Assembly (NCBI GenBank): GCA_039932375.1 | Contig: JBDTQD010000001.1 | Location: forward strand, 15,844-79,843 | DNA: 64,000 nucleotides | Origin: Chloroflexota bacterium | GTDB lineage: Bacteria > Chloroflexota > Limnocylindria > QHBO01 | Reading direction: 5' to 3' | In this document: positions 44,101 through 52,185 of the stretch, piece after piece | How the letters are laid out: every line of letters starts with the position of its first letter | How positions within the stretch are numbered: the first letter of the stretch is position 1 | Position numbers and translations under genes: made by a program | The notes under the pieces: generated by a model | The model's database searches: none | Told to the model about the DNA's origin: nothing | The model's input: only the letters and a program-made list of their open reading frames with translations

Positions 44101-44683
44101 TCTTCTCCGGCATGCGCCCCTGCTCGCGGGCAAGCAGATCGGAATAGACGCACATCTGCAGCAGCGCGCCGCCCTTGACGTGGCGCGCCAGCTTGGTGTC
44201 CGCGACCTCGTAGTGATAGTCGCCAAGGTCGCTCCCCGCGCCTGGCCCGTCAATTCGGAGAAGGAAGTCGGCATATCCGAGCCATGCACCGTCGAAGAGT
44301 GTTGCCTGGTAGATAACATCGGCGCCGTCGTGCATCCGTTCGCGCGTCAGCGCCGCGTCAAGCTCGACCTCCGCAAGCGTGCTGCGGCCTGGATCCGGCC
44401 ATCGGTCGATCCGACCGTCGACCACGGTCCGCCCCTCTTCCCGGAGGTAGGCAAGGTATCGCTCCTCGTGCTCCAGGCCGCGACGCTGCAGGACATCGAG
44501 CTCGGGATCGACGCGATCCGGCCTCTCGAGGTCTGTGACGAACACGGCGCGCTCGAGAGTGGTCAGGTGCTCGCATTCGAGGTAGCCGACGAGGTCGCTG
44601 GCGCTATAGACCCTGGTGCCGTCGAGGTCCTGCATGCTGCCTCGAAGCCTAGCCCGCTCGGCTGGGCGACGAGCGAAATGCAC
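41132..44683 (-). CDS. 1183-aa fusion protein: Cas4/RecB-like PD-(D/E)xK nuclease with Fe-S Cys cluster (TM0106-family N-terminus), RNase H-like 3'-5' exonuclease-like domain, and Upf1/Dna2-type SF1B helicase
   Basis: Nuclease domain: Cys37 (YLECEH) plus HCGVCRWSAYC (C-x2-C-x5-C, aa 249-259), EVADTK, LQMCVY (QxxxY). Exonuclease-like domain: LFFDMEGDP, YHYASYE. Helicase motifs: GPPGSGKT (aa 791-798, nt 42290-42313), VLFVDEAGQ, LLGDPQQL, TVDKIQGQQ, NRLNVATSRGR. Confidence 0.85.
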   Translation of the reverse strand: MHFARRPAERARLRGSMQDLDGTRVYSASDLVGYLECEHLTTLERAVFVTDLERPDRVDPELDVLQRRGLEHEERYLAYLREEGRTVVDGRIDRWPDPGRSTLAEVELDAALTRERMHDGADVIYQATLFDGAWLGYADFLLRIDGPGAGSDLGDYHYEVADTKLARHVKGGALLQMCVYSDLLAREQGRMPEKMHVALGGSGHRVDSHRLDDYLAYFRSVKARFMTAVAADEPLIYPLAVTPPPVGHCGVCRWSAYCSNLRTEADHLSLVAGMRSDAARRLTDAGIGTFTALATLGPMLPVVPNLSDVVLGNLHQQARLQHESRGLAQPRYEFLGVEENRGLGALPEPAAGDLFFDMEGDPFAEDDGLEYLFGVWDPMVLIDAGTPTFHTWWGHSRAEEKVAFEGFIDFVMNRWRVDPTMHVYHYASYERGRIGMLATRHSTREVEVDRILRGEVFIDLFSVVRQALRIGISNYSIKSLEVLYRLVRDVPLKDAGSSVVAYEAYIQSVSEGAPNQSILDEIHDYNRDDCRSNAELRTWLEERRNELAAKTGEAVPRPVAKVEELERELTVEDRRRRDLADRLRASDPSDPDAPVLRVLADLLEWHRREENVDWWSFYSRCRQSDEQLAEDDEAIGQLEWMVEIDRPRQSVRHRYRFDPEQPYRLKVGDHPVDPATTHGAGKIMALDALHGTLDLQWGLRNPRPHPTSLIPKGPITADEQKAALERFGEWVAANGLRVPGPWRAAREFLLRLPPRAGQAPGAPLTLPGEASGDAAQRLVMLLDETVLPVQGPPGSGKTFTGAEMILELVRAGRRVGIVAFTHRAIETLLDEVIAHAARTGQRVSAIRKVDKDEEPPKDSGYEWTDNNGVVASALFSGQAQVAAGTAWLWARPEMAGAVDVLFVDEAGQMSLANVLAISGAAKNLVLLGDPQQLSQVRKGAHPEGADASSLEHVLAGEPVIDPARGLFLAQTWRLHPDVNAFTSAAFYKGELKSAPSAARQSLNAAGPITGTGVRWVPIPHASNHNSSEEEAGAVVDIYQNLLAGRWTNDEGKVCLITPEDLLVIAPYNAQVELLVERLGSVASNAPVAPRAPWVATVDKIQGQQGAVAIYSMATSSQDEMPRSIEFLYSLNRLNVATSRGRCLAIVVASPNLLKVRVHTPLQMRLANALCRFVEVAAEQATRA

Positions 44684-44927
44684 AAGGACCGGTGGCGTTC
44701 ATGTGGGTATCGTCGGGCGAGCATGTGACACCTCTCCTGTCGCAAGCGTTTTCCCTTCCCGTATCACTGGCACCGATAGCTCGGCGCAATAGGTCGACGC
44801 TGCGGGGTCTGTCATCGGTCAGGGCGATGCCGCGTTGCCCAACAACCCTATCGGTGCTGATGTATCGGCCCCAGCGATACGTGGCTGATCGCGGTGCGGC
44901 CACGCGCCTACTCGGCCTTGTGCGGCC

Positions 44928-45704
44928 CTAGGCCGGAATGGTCGCCGTGCGCACGAAGGTGAGGGCCCAGCTGCAGTCCGAGGTGACACGCACGAAGATG
45001 TCGCCCTTCAGCTCGGGGTGCGAGGCAAAGAAGTCGCCGTACAGGTTCCCCGGGGCCGGCGCGGTGCCGAGGGTGGCGCGGATCGCCGGCACGGCGGTGC
45101 CACTGCCGGGCACCAGGTCGACCGAGAACGAGCAGCCGCCGCCGCCCGGCAGCACGGAGGCAGCCCAACGCACGGCGTAGTTGGCATCCTCGATCCGCAC
45201 GGGGCCATTCTCCGCGTTCCCCTCGTGCGAGAAGCCGGCCACGATCGGATTGAAGGGGAGCACGAAGTCGGCCGGGGCCAGGAACGGACTGGGCATGAAG
45301 CCCGCCGCGACCCAGCCCTCCTCGAACTTCGGCGCTCTGGCATCCGCGTCGCGCACCAGGTACCAGCCGTAGCCGTCGGTGCGCACCGGGCCGAGCTCGA
45401 CCACCAGGTTGCTCCCCGTCGGCAGCAGGGCCACCACTCCCTGCTTGGTGCCCGGTCCGGATCGGACGCGCAGGCCAGCCGCGCCGGTCGCGACCTTGGC
45501 GCCGGCAGTGAAGGTTGGGATCTTGTCCGGTCCGGGAGTGGGCGCCACGGTGGCCGTGGGGGGTGGAAGCGATCCCGATGGCGCAACGCTGGCCGGTCGC
45601 GACGCGCTGGCACTCGCGGAAGGCGATGGGCTCGGCGCGCCGAATAGGCAGCCGTTCAGCAGCAGCGCGCAGAGCGCCAGCGCGATCGGGGCGAGTCGTC
45701 GCAT
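44928..45704 (-). CDS. lipoprotein with bacterial SH3-like domain
   Basis: Lipobox LLLNGC, then a Pro/Ser/Ala linker. GLRVRSGPGTKQGVVALLPTGSNLVVELGPVRTDGYGWYLV is SH3b-like. Confidence 0.55.
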   Translation of the reverse strand: MRRLAPIALALCALLLNGCLFGAPSPSPSASASASRPASVAPSGSLPPPTATVAPTPGPDKIPTFTAGAKVATGAAGLRVRSGPGTKQGVVALLPTGSNLVVELGPVRTDGYGWYLVRDADARAPKFEEGWVAAGFMPSPFLAPADFVLPFNPIVAGFSHEGNAENGPVRIEDANYAVRWAASVLPGGGGCSFSVDLVPGSGTAVPAIRATLGTAPAPGNLYGDFFASHPELKGDIFVRVTSDCSWALTFVRTATIPA

Positions 45705-45729
45705 GCGCGCAGCCTAACGCAACGGTACG

Positions 45730-46143
45730 ATGCTGGGCATGAGCACCAAGATCACCAAGACCGATGCTGACTGGGCCCGCGAGCTGACCCCCGAGCAATT
45801 CCACATCCTCCGCGAGCAGGGAACCGAGCGAGCCTTCACGGGGGCCTATTGGGACGAGCACCGACCCGGCGTGTACCGATGTGCCGCCTGCCATGCCGAG
45901 CTGTTCACCTCGGACACCAAGTTTGACTCAGGCACGGGCTGGCCGAGCTTCTTCGCCCCGGCGGATGACGCCGCGGTGGAGGTCGAGTCCGATCGGGCCT
46001 TCTTCATGGTCCGTAACGAGGTTCACTGCTCGAACTGCGGTGGCCACCTGGGCCACGTCTTCGACGATGGGCCGAACCCGACCGGCCTGCGCTATTGCAT
46101 CAACTCGGCCTCGCTGCAGCTCGAGCCAAAGGCCGAGGAGTAG
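45730..46143 (+). CDS. msrB: peptide-methionine (R)-S-oxide reductase
   Basis: [11 protein letters not shown]...GWPSF...[13 protein letters not shown] are the MsrB zinc Cys motifs. RYCINSASL carries the catalytic Cys. Confidence 0.9.
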   Translation: MLGMSTKITKTDADWARELTPEQFHILREQGTERAFTGAYWDEHRPGVYRCAACHAELFTSDTKFDSGTGWPSFFAPADDAAVEVESDRAFFMVRNEVHCSNCGGHLGHVFDDGPNPTGLRYCINSASLQLEPKAEE

Positions 46144-46156
46144 CAGGGCCGGCGGC

Positions 46157-47722
46157 TCAGTGGACCTTATCGGTCACGTCGATCAGATCGTAGATGTGTG
46201 ACTGATCCGGCCAGATGTAGTTGCGATCCGGCAAGAGCGGCAGGTCCAGGCCGAAGTAGGAGTTGAACAGGACCCGGAACTGGTTGACCGGAGTGATGCC
46301 CGAGTACAAGCCGGCCTGTTCGCCGGTCCGATCGGGCAGGTACACGGCGTTGAGGATCCCGAACTTCTGCTTCAGCACATCGGGCGAAGCGGTGGTCCAG
46401 TCGAAGCCCTTCTCGTTGCTGCGATATCCCTTCGGCCACGGCCCTTCGTCGGCGAGCAGCATGATGATCGGGCGCTGCTTGGCCGGCACCGCCAGCAGCT
46501 GATCGACCCACGCCAGCAGCTGAGTGTTGGTGTACTTGAGCTGCGCGACGTATTGCTGTTCGTGCGTCATCGCCTTTGCCTGGGCGTCGGTGATGAAGCT
46601 GCCATCTGGATTGAAGACGTACGGCTCGTGGTCGAGCGCGAGCTGGGTGTGGATGAACTTCGGCCCTGCAAGGCTGGATGCGTGCTCCAGGGAACGCAGC
46701 TCGTAGAGGGTCTGGTTCCATCGGTTGCGGCGCCAATCGTACGGACCCTCCGGATTGACCTCGTCGATGGCGCGCAGCATGGTGGAGCGCTGGAGCGCCT
46801 CCGTGAACTCCGATGTCAGCCGGTCGTAGACGTAGTTGATCTCGGCGGAGGGGTGCTGGGCCATCGGCTGCCAGAAGGTGCCGGCGTAGATGAAGCGGTA
46901 GCCGAGGTTGTCGAGGAACTGCTGCACCTCGAATGGCGAGCGCAACGCACGGTAGATCGGTCCCCAGTCGTCGTCCGTCTTGGCCTGGTCGCGAAGCTCC
47001 GTGACGTCGAGGTATTCAAGGTCGCGCGCCGACATGATCGAGGGTGCGGTCTTCAAATAGTTGGCGGTGGAATCGGCGGCGATATAGAAGCCGCGCTTCC
47101 GCAGCGCGTCCAGGAACGGCGTGTTGTCGTAGTTGAAGTCGTCGCGCAGGACCTGCTCGGAGCCGTACTCCTCCAGCACGATCCAGTAGATGTCGGGACG
47201 CGCCGCCGTGTTGGTCGGCTGGCCGCTGGCGGTGACCCCCGACCCGGTCTTCGCGGCGACCGGACGAAGGTTGAGGACGAATGAGCCGATGATGACCAGG
47301 TTGAAGGCCACCGCAATGGCCACGAGGACGTTCAACGGCAGCGTCGCGCGCCATGCGTGGGATTTGAAGCGCCAGATCAACGCCATGCCGTTGACGGCCA
47401 GCAGCAACCAGCAGGTCAGCAAGACCCACTGGCCGTTGAGGAAGGTGCCGATCCAGTCCCACGTCATCCCGTAGCTGAAGAAGAGGACCACCAGCAGGAG
47501 GCTGCCGAGCGCCGCGGCCGCCCAATCGCGCGTCAGCGCCCGAAAGAGAACCACAGTGGCGATCGTCACCGCCAGCGCGAAGGCAATCGGGATCAGGACC
47601 TCGGCGGGATCGATCGCCTCCTTCACGTTGTGCGCGTACAGGAAGACGACCGGGTACGCGGCAGCCAGGAGCGGGTACAGGGGGAAGGACGCCGAGCGGC
47701 GCAGCCAGCCGGGAATGCTCAT
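46157..47722 (-). CDS. sulfatase-like (alkaline-phosphatase superfamily) membrane hydrolase/transferase, LtaS/EptA-like architecture
   Basis: About five N-terminal TM helices, then an extracytoplasmic domain (PDIYWIVLEEYGSE...NTPFLDAL...). Start at the Met at 47722 (MSIPGW). Confidence 0.55.
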   Translation of the reverse strand: MSIPGWLRRSASFPLYPLLAAAYPVVFLYAHNVKEAIDPAEVLIPIAFALAVTIATVVLFRALTRDWAAAALGSLLLVVLFFSYGMTWDWIGTFLNGQWVLLTCWLLLAVNGMALIWRFKSHAWRATLPLNVLVAIAVAFNLVIIGSFVLNLRPVAAKTGSGVTASGQPTNTAARPDIYWIVLEEYGSEQVLRDDFNYDNTPFLDALRKRGFYIAADSTANYLKTAPSIMSARDLEYLDVTELRDQAKTDDDWGPIYRALRSPFEVQQFLDNLGYRFIYAGTFWQPMAQHPSAEINYVYDRLTSEFTEALQRSTMLRAIDEVNPEGPYDWRRNRWNQTLYELRSLEHASSLAGPKFIHTQLALDHEPYVFNPDGSFITDAQAKAMTHEQQYVAQLKYTNTQLLAWVDQLLAVPAKQRPIIMLLADEGPWPKGYRSNEKGFDWTTASPDVLKQKFGILNAVYLPDRTGEQAGLYSGITPVNQFRVLFNSYFGLDLPLLPDRNYIWPDQSHIYDLIDVTDKVH

Positions 47723-47759
47723 GCGCGCGGATTCTCGCACAGGCGTTGACCGGCGCCCA

Positions 47760-48665
47760 ATGATGGGCGATCCTGCCCCCATGGTCGTGCCCACCATGCA
47801 GCTCCAGCGCCCCGACGGACGGTCGCTCGACGTCTTCCTGGCGGGCCCGGAGTCGGGCACGCCCCTCGTCTATCACTTCGGCACGCCCGTGGCGGGCATC
47901 CCGTTTGCGACGGCCGTCGACGCCCTGGAGGAGCGAGGCCTGCGATTCGTGAGCTTCTCGCGTCCCGGCTACGGATCATCGACCCGGCAGGAGGGGCGAT
48001 CCGTAGTTGACGTGGTTGAGGACACGGTGGCGGTCCTTGACGAGATCGGAGCCGAACGATTCCACCAGATCGGTTGGTCCGGCGGGGGACCGCATGCCCT
48101 CGCCTGCGCAGCGCGTCTGCCCCAGCGCGTGATTGCCACCGCCACGATTGGGGGCGTGGCGCCGTACCCCGCCGACGGGCTCGACTGGACCGCGGGCATG
48201 GGCGAGGAGAACATCGAGGAGTTCGGAGCGGCGCTGGCCGGGCCGGATGCGCTGATCGGGTTCAAGGAGCGTGCTGCCCCAGGGCTCCGGGTTGTTACGG
48301 CGGAGGGGGTGGCGGACGCGTTCGGCGACCTGATCGACGACGTGGATCGGGGATCGCTGACCGGTCCTTTCGCAACGTACTTTGCCGAGACCGTTCGGGA
48401 GGCACTCCGCCTCGGCTATTGGGGCTGGTTCGACGACGACATGGCATTCACCAAGCCATGGGGCTTTGAGCTGGATGAGATCCGCACGCCGGTCTTCGTC
48501 TGGCAGGGCGGACACGACCGGATGGTCCCAATCGCCCACGGTGAGTGGCTCGCTGCCCACATTGCCGCGGCACGCCCGCGGCTATTGCCTGAGCACGGGC
48601 ACCTGACCCTGGCGGTCGACTCGATTCCGCGGATCGTCGACGAGCTGGTCGCCCTCGACCGATGA
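47760..48665 (+). CDS. alpha/beta hydrolase
   Basis: HQIGWSGGG is the GxSxG nucleophile elbow. Start at the MMGDPAP Met (47760). The listed 47556 start overlaps the divergent gene. Confidence 0.7.
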   Translation: MMGDPAPMVVPTMQLQRPDGRSLDVFLAGPESGTPLVYHFGTPVAGIPFATAVDALEERGLRFVSFSRPGYGSSTRQEGRSVVDVVEDTVAVLDEIGAERFHQIGWSGGGPHALACAARLPQRVIATATIGGVAPYPADGLDWTAGMGEENIEEFGAALAGPDALIGFKERAAPGLRVVTAEGVADAFGDLIDDVDRGSLTGPFATYFAETVREALRLGYWGWFDDDMAFTKPWGFELDEIRTPVFVWQGGHDRMVPIAHGEWLAAHIAAARPRLLPEHGHLTLAVDSIPRIVDELVALDR

Positions 48666-49546
48666 AGGAGTCCCGGCAGATACGGGCGCGCATGGCGTTC
48701 GGTGCGGTTGGCGTGGTCATGCTCATGCTCGCCTCCCTGGTCCTGGTGACGGTGACCGCGGCGGCACAAGGTGCACGGCTGACCAAGGGGCGGGTGGCAC
48801 CGGCATCGGGGACGACGGCGACCGTGTTCACCTTTTTCGTAGACTTCCAGGGCAGCGGCGAGACGGCGATCGCCGTGACGGCGGTCGTGGCTGGCCGCGT
48901 GGTCCCGCTCACGGGCTTCTCGGGCACCGCCATGCGAGGAAGCTGGCGCGGTTCCTCGAAGCTGCCGGCCGGTACCTGGCAGGTCACGTTCCGGGCGATC
49001 AGCAGCGGGGCAACGAATCCGACCCTCCCCGGCCCGGCGGTGGTCGTGCGCGGATCCACGTCGCCACCCACCCCGACGCCAACCCCGACGCCGCGGCCGA
49101 CCGCCAGGCCCACCCCGACGCCATCTGTCGTGCCGACCCGAACTCCTTTGATCGCGTCGCTGGTGCCCGGGACGACCTCCACGCCCGAACCCACGGTGGC
49201 ATCGTTCGGCACGATAATCGAGGATGCCAGCGACCCGGGCAGTAGCAGCAGCTCGGGGGGACAGTCGGCTTCGCCGGCGGGTTCGTCAAGCTCGAAGGGA
49301 CCGATCCGAGTGCCGACTGAGGGGTTCGTGGCGATCGGGCTGCTGGCCACGGTCGCGGTTGCCGCGGCCTCCGCCGAGCGTCGCCGTCGACGGGCTCCGC
49401 CCGCCGCGAGCGCCGTCCCTGCCGAGGCGGAGGAGTCGCCGCTCGATGAGGATACGATCGGGACGATCGAGTACGTCGCCCCGAGCGAGCACGCGGAAGG
49501 GCACGTTGACGAGTTGCCCGCTGACGAGCATCCCCCGACGAGGTGA
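48662..49546 (+). CDS. hypothetical secreted protein: N-terminal TM/signal, beta-rich domain, Pro/Thr linker, C-terminal TM anchor
   Basis: MAFGAVGVVMLMLASLVLVTVTAAA ... PPTPTPTPTPRPTARPTPTPS ... GFVAIGLLATVAVAAASAERRRRR. Confidence 0.5.
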   Translation: MKESRQIRARMAFGAVGVVMLMLASLVLVTVTAAAQGARLTKGRVAPASGTTATVFTFFVDFQGSGETAIAVTAVVAGRVVPLTGFSGTAMRGSWRGSSKLPAGTWQVTFRAISSGATNPTLPGPAVVVRGSTSPPTPTPTPTPRPTARPTPTPSVVPTRTPLIASLVPGTTSTPEPTVASFGTIIEDASDPGSSSSSGGQSASPAGSSSSKGPIRVPTEGFVAIGLLATVAVAAASAERRRRRAPPAASAVPAEAEESPLDEDTIGTIEYVAPSEHAEGHVDELPADEHPPTR

Positions 49547-49802
49547 GCTGAACGCCGCCCGTCCGGGGAGTTCCATCCGTTCCATCGAGCGCAAAGAGCG
49601 CCCGGGCCACGAGCGTCCGCCGCGGCTTCTCCAGCTCCGGCGCTGATCTGATCGGCCTTGTGGCGGACGAGCCGTTGTGGTGACGCCTCCGTCGGTCGTG
49701 GTGCTGGCGTAGTCGGCCGAGTGACGGCCGAGACCGCGTTCAACCGTCGTAAGGCCAGTCTGGCCAGCATCCCGCAACCGGCGCGACGCGCACGGGAGGT
49801 AG

Positions 49803-50876
49803 CTACCCCGCGAGGCGCCCACCGGGCAGCTGGCGCCGATACGCCACCACGCCGAACAGCAGCAGCCCGTGGAAGAGGGCGATCTCCAGCGTGGCGAACT
49901 GGCGCAGGTAAAACGACGCGAGATCGGCCAGGGAGAGGGAGACCAGCAGGCCGTATTCGGCGAGGCCGGCGCCAAGCCGATCCCGCCCGGTGACGGCCAT
50001 CAGCAGGGACCCCGCCAGCAGCAGGGCGCCGGCGACCCCTTCGACAAGCAGGTGCAGCATCTCGAGGCTGAAGAGCCGGGTTGTCTTGGCCGGATCGACG
50101 GCACCGATCTGCGTCAGCGCCACGCCCAGGTCGATCACCGCGTGCACGCCGGAGATGAAGAGGAGCACGACCAGCGCCGCCCGCACGCCGCGTCCGCCGA
50201 GCCATCGGTTGCGCCGAGCATTCCACCAGTCGAAGACCGGCTGCAGGCGGCTAAAGGTGTCCGGCGCAACGGCGAGGTCACGCGATTCGACGAACGCCAG
50301 CATGGCCGCCGCCAGCCGGCGTTGCTCTGCCTCTGGCGCGCGCTCCGTTGCCGCCTTGAGACGGCGGCGCAGCACGTCCCGCTCGTTCGCCTGCAGGTCG
50401 CCGTCGACCGCCTCCTCGACCAGCTGGAGCGAGGTGAGGAGCAGGCTCCGGGCATCGGGCTGGACCCTGCGTCGCACGCGAAGGTAGATGAGCACCGCCA
50501 GCAGAAACGTGGCGTAGATGAGCGGAGCCGCGGCGGGATAGAAGTAGTCGTTCTGGGCCGTGATGAACTTCCCGACCTCGTCGATGAAGAGGCCGATGCC
50601 GACTCCCCCCAGCACGGCCGAGGCGCGATAGATCGTTCGACCGGCCAGGATGATCGGTAACAGGGCGGCGATGAACAGGAAGACGCCGCCGAACAGGGCG
50701 TGGGCGATATGCAGCTCGCCGCCGCCGATGCGCGGGAAGCCGGTCAGCTCCAGGACGGCCCGGGTGGCGAGCACGGTGCTGGCGAACGAGACGAGCGTCA
50801 GGAACAGATAGCGGTCAGCGCCTTCGCGGCGCACCGGCTGGCGGAATCGCGGCCGCCGCGACGCCTGGCTCTCCAT
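49803..50876 (-). CDS. hypothetical polytopic membrane protein (357 aa)
   Basis: At least 8 hydrophobic helices. No motif recognised. Confidence 0.5.
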   Translation of the reverse strand: MESQASRRPRFRQPVRREGADRYLFLTLVSFASTVLATRAVLELTGFPRIGGGELHIAHALFGGVFLFIAALLPIILAGRTIYRASAVLGGVGIGLFIDEVGKFITAQNDYFYPAAAPLIYATFLLAVLIYLRVRRRVQPDARSLLLTSLQLVEEAVDGDLQANERDVLRRRLKAATERAPEAEQRRLAAAMLAFVESRDLAVAPDTFSRLQPVFDWWNARRNRWLGGRGVRAALVVLLFISGVHAVIDLGVALTQIGAVDPAKTTRLFSLEMLHLLVEGVAGALLLAGSLLMAVTGRDRLGAGLAEYGLLVSLSLADLASFYLRQFATLEIALFHGLLLFGVVAYRRQLPGGRLAG

Positions 50877-50885
50877 CGCCGCAGC

Positions 50886-51497
50886 CTAGAGGATCTTGGC
50901 CAGGCTCTTGTCGATGAGGTCGCGTGTCATCGGCCCGAAATAGCGGTCCCGGATGGTCCCGTTTGCGTCGATGAAATAATGGGTCGGGGCGCCCCAGATG
51001 CCGTAGGCATCCGCCACGGCCGAGGTCGGGGCGACGGCGATCGGGAAGGCGACCGGATGGTCGGCGGCGTAGTCGTGGACCGCCGCACCCGTGTCCCACA
51101 CGTCGACCCCCAGGACGACGAGCCCATTTGCATGATGCGCGGCGTACGCCGCAGCAACGTCGGCGGCCTCGTCCTCGCAGGGCTGACAGGCTGTTTTCCA
51201 GAAGACGATCCAGAGCGGCGATCCGCCATAGCCGGCGAGCACCAGGGGCTTGCCATCGAGGTCGGTCAGCGCCAGGCGCTGCGCGCTGGGATCCTGCGCC
51301 GTGCCGGGCGCGATCTGGCCCACCTGCACCCCCGGCCGGGCGCTGCCGATGACGAAGAAGGACGCCTGCGGATCGCCGCCGAGCGGCCGGGTCGTCACGT
51401 AGAGCAAGGCCGCGACGGCCGCAAAGGCCGCCGGGAGGACGATCCATCGGAACATCGGCTGCCTGCGAGGCGAGGGTGGGGGAGACTCCTGCACCAT
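50886..51497 (-). CDS. TlpA/ResA-family thiol-disulfide oxidoreductase (second copy)
   Basis: N-terminal TM helix. WKTACQPCEDEA is the CxxC site. Confidence 0.85.
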   Translation of the reverse strand: MVQESPPPSPRRQPMFRWIVLPAAFAAVAALLYVTTRPLGGDPQASFFVIGSARPGVQVGQIAPGTAQDPSAQRLALTDLDGKPLVLAGYGGSPLWIVFWKTACQPCEDEAADVAAAYAAHHANGLVVLGVDVWDTGAAVHDYAADHPVAFPIAVAPTSAVADAYGIWGAPTHYFIDANGTIRDRYFGPMTRDLIDKSLAKIL

Positions 51498-51543
51498 GGC
51501 CGCCGCAGTCTAGCGGAGGCGCCGATCCGGTCCGGCGAGGTGC

Positions 51544-52185
51544 CTAGGTCTCGTCCAGTACGAGGTGGTTCTCGAGGGCGTAGCGCGTCAGCGCGACACG
51601 CCCGTGGACGCCAGCCTTGTCGGTCACGTTGGCGATGTGCCGGCGAACGGTGTGGGCGCTGATGCCGAGCGCCACGCCGGTCTCGACCGCTGTGCGCCCC
51701 GCCGTCAACAGCCGCAGGACCTCGATCTCGCGCGGGCTGAGCCGATCCGCGTGGCGGAGCCAGCGCAGCGAGTCGACCACGACCACCGATGCCACCACCG
51801 GATGGACGTAGTGCTGGTTCCTGGCAACCGCGCGGACCGCGGCGATGAAGTCACTGCTGGGTGCTCCCTTGACCACGTACCCCGCCGCACCGGCAAGGAA
51901 CGCCTGGCGCACCGTCTCCTCGTGCTCGTGCATCGTCACCGTCACGAGGCGAATGCGTGGGTGACGGGCCGTCAGGTCACGCAGCAGGGCGATCCCATCG
52001 GACTCGCCCAGGGTCAGGTCCACCACCATGACGTGCGGCTTCCGTGTCGCTGCCAGGACGAACGCGCCGGCGGCATCAGCCGCATCGCCGACGACCTCCA
52101 CATCGGGCTCCAGCTCCAGGATCAGGCGCAGCCCTTCACGAACCAGGGCGTGATCGTCGACGATGCCGACCCGGATGGTCTGCAT
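51544..52185 (-). CDS. NarL/LuxR-family response regulator
   Basis: VGIVDDHALVREGLRLIL ... VMVVDLTLGESDG ... LSPREIEVLRLLTAGRTAVETGVALGISAHTVRRHI. Confidence 0.85.
   Translation of the reverse strand: MQTIRVGIVDDHALVREGLRLILELEPDVEVVGDAADAAGAFVLAATRKPHVMVVDLTLGESDGIALLRDLTARHPRIRLVTVTMHEHEETVRQAFLAGAAGYVVKGAPSSDFIAAVRAVARNQHYVHPVVASVVVVDSLRWLRHADRLSPREIEVLRLLTAGRTAVETGVALGISAHTVRRHIANVTDKAGVHGRVALTRYALENHLVLDET

Noticed and set aside
48448-50226. 592-aa minus-strand ORF
   Set aside because: It is antisense to the Pro/Thr-linker secreted protein and overlaps the start of the membrane protein. The translation is Arg/Ala/Gly/Pro low-complexity with no domain. It is spurious.
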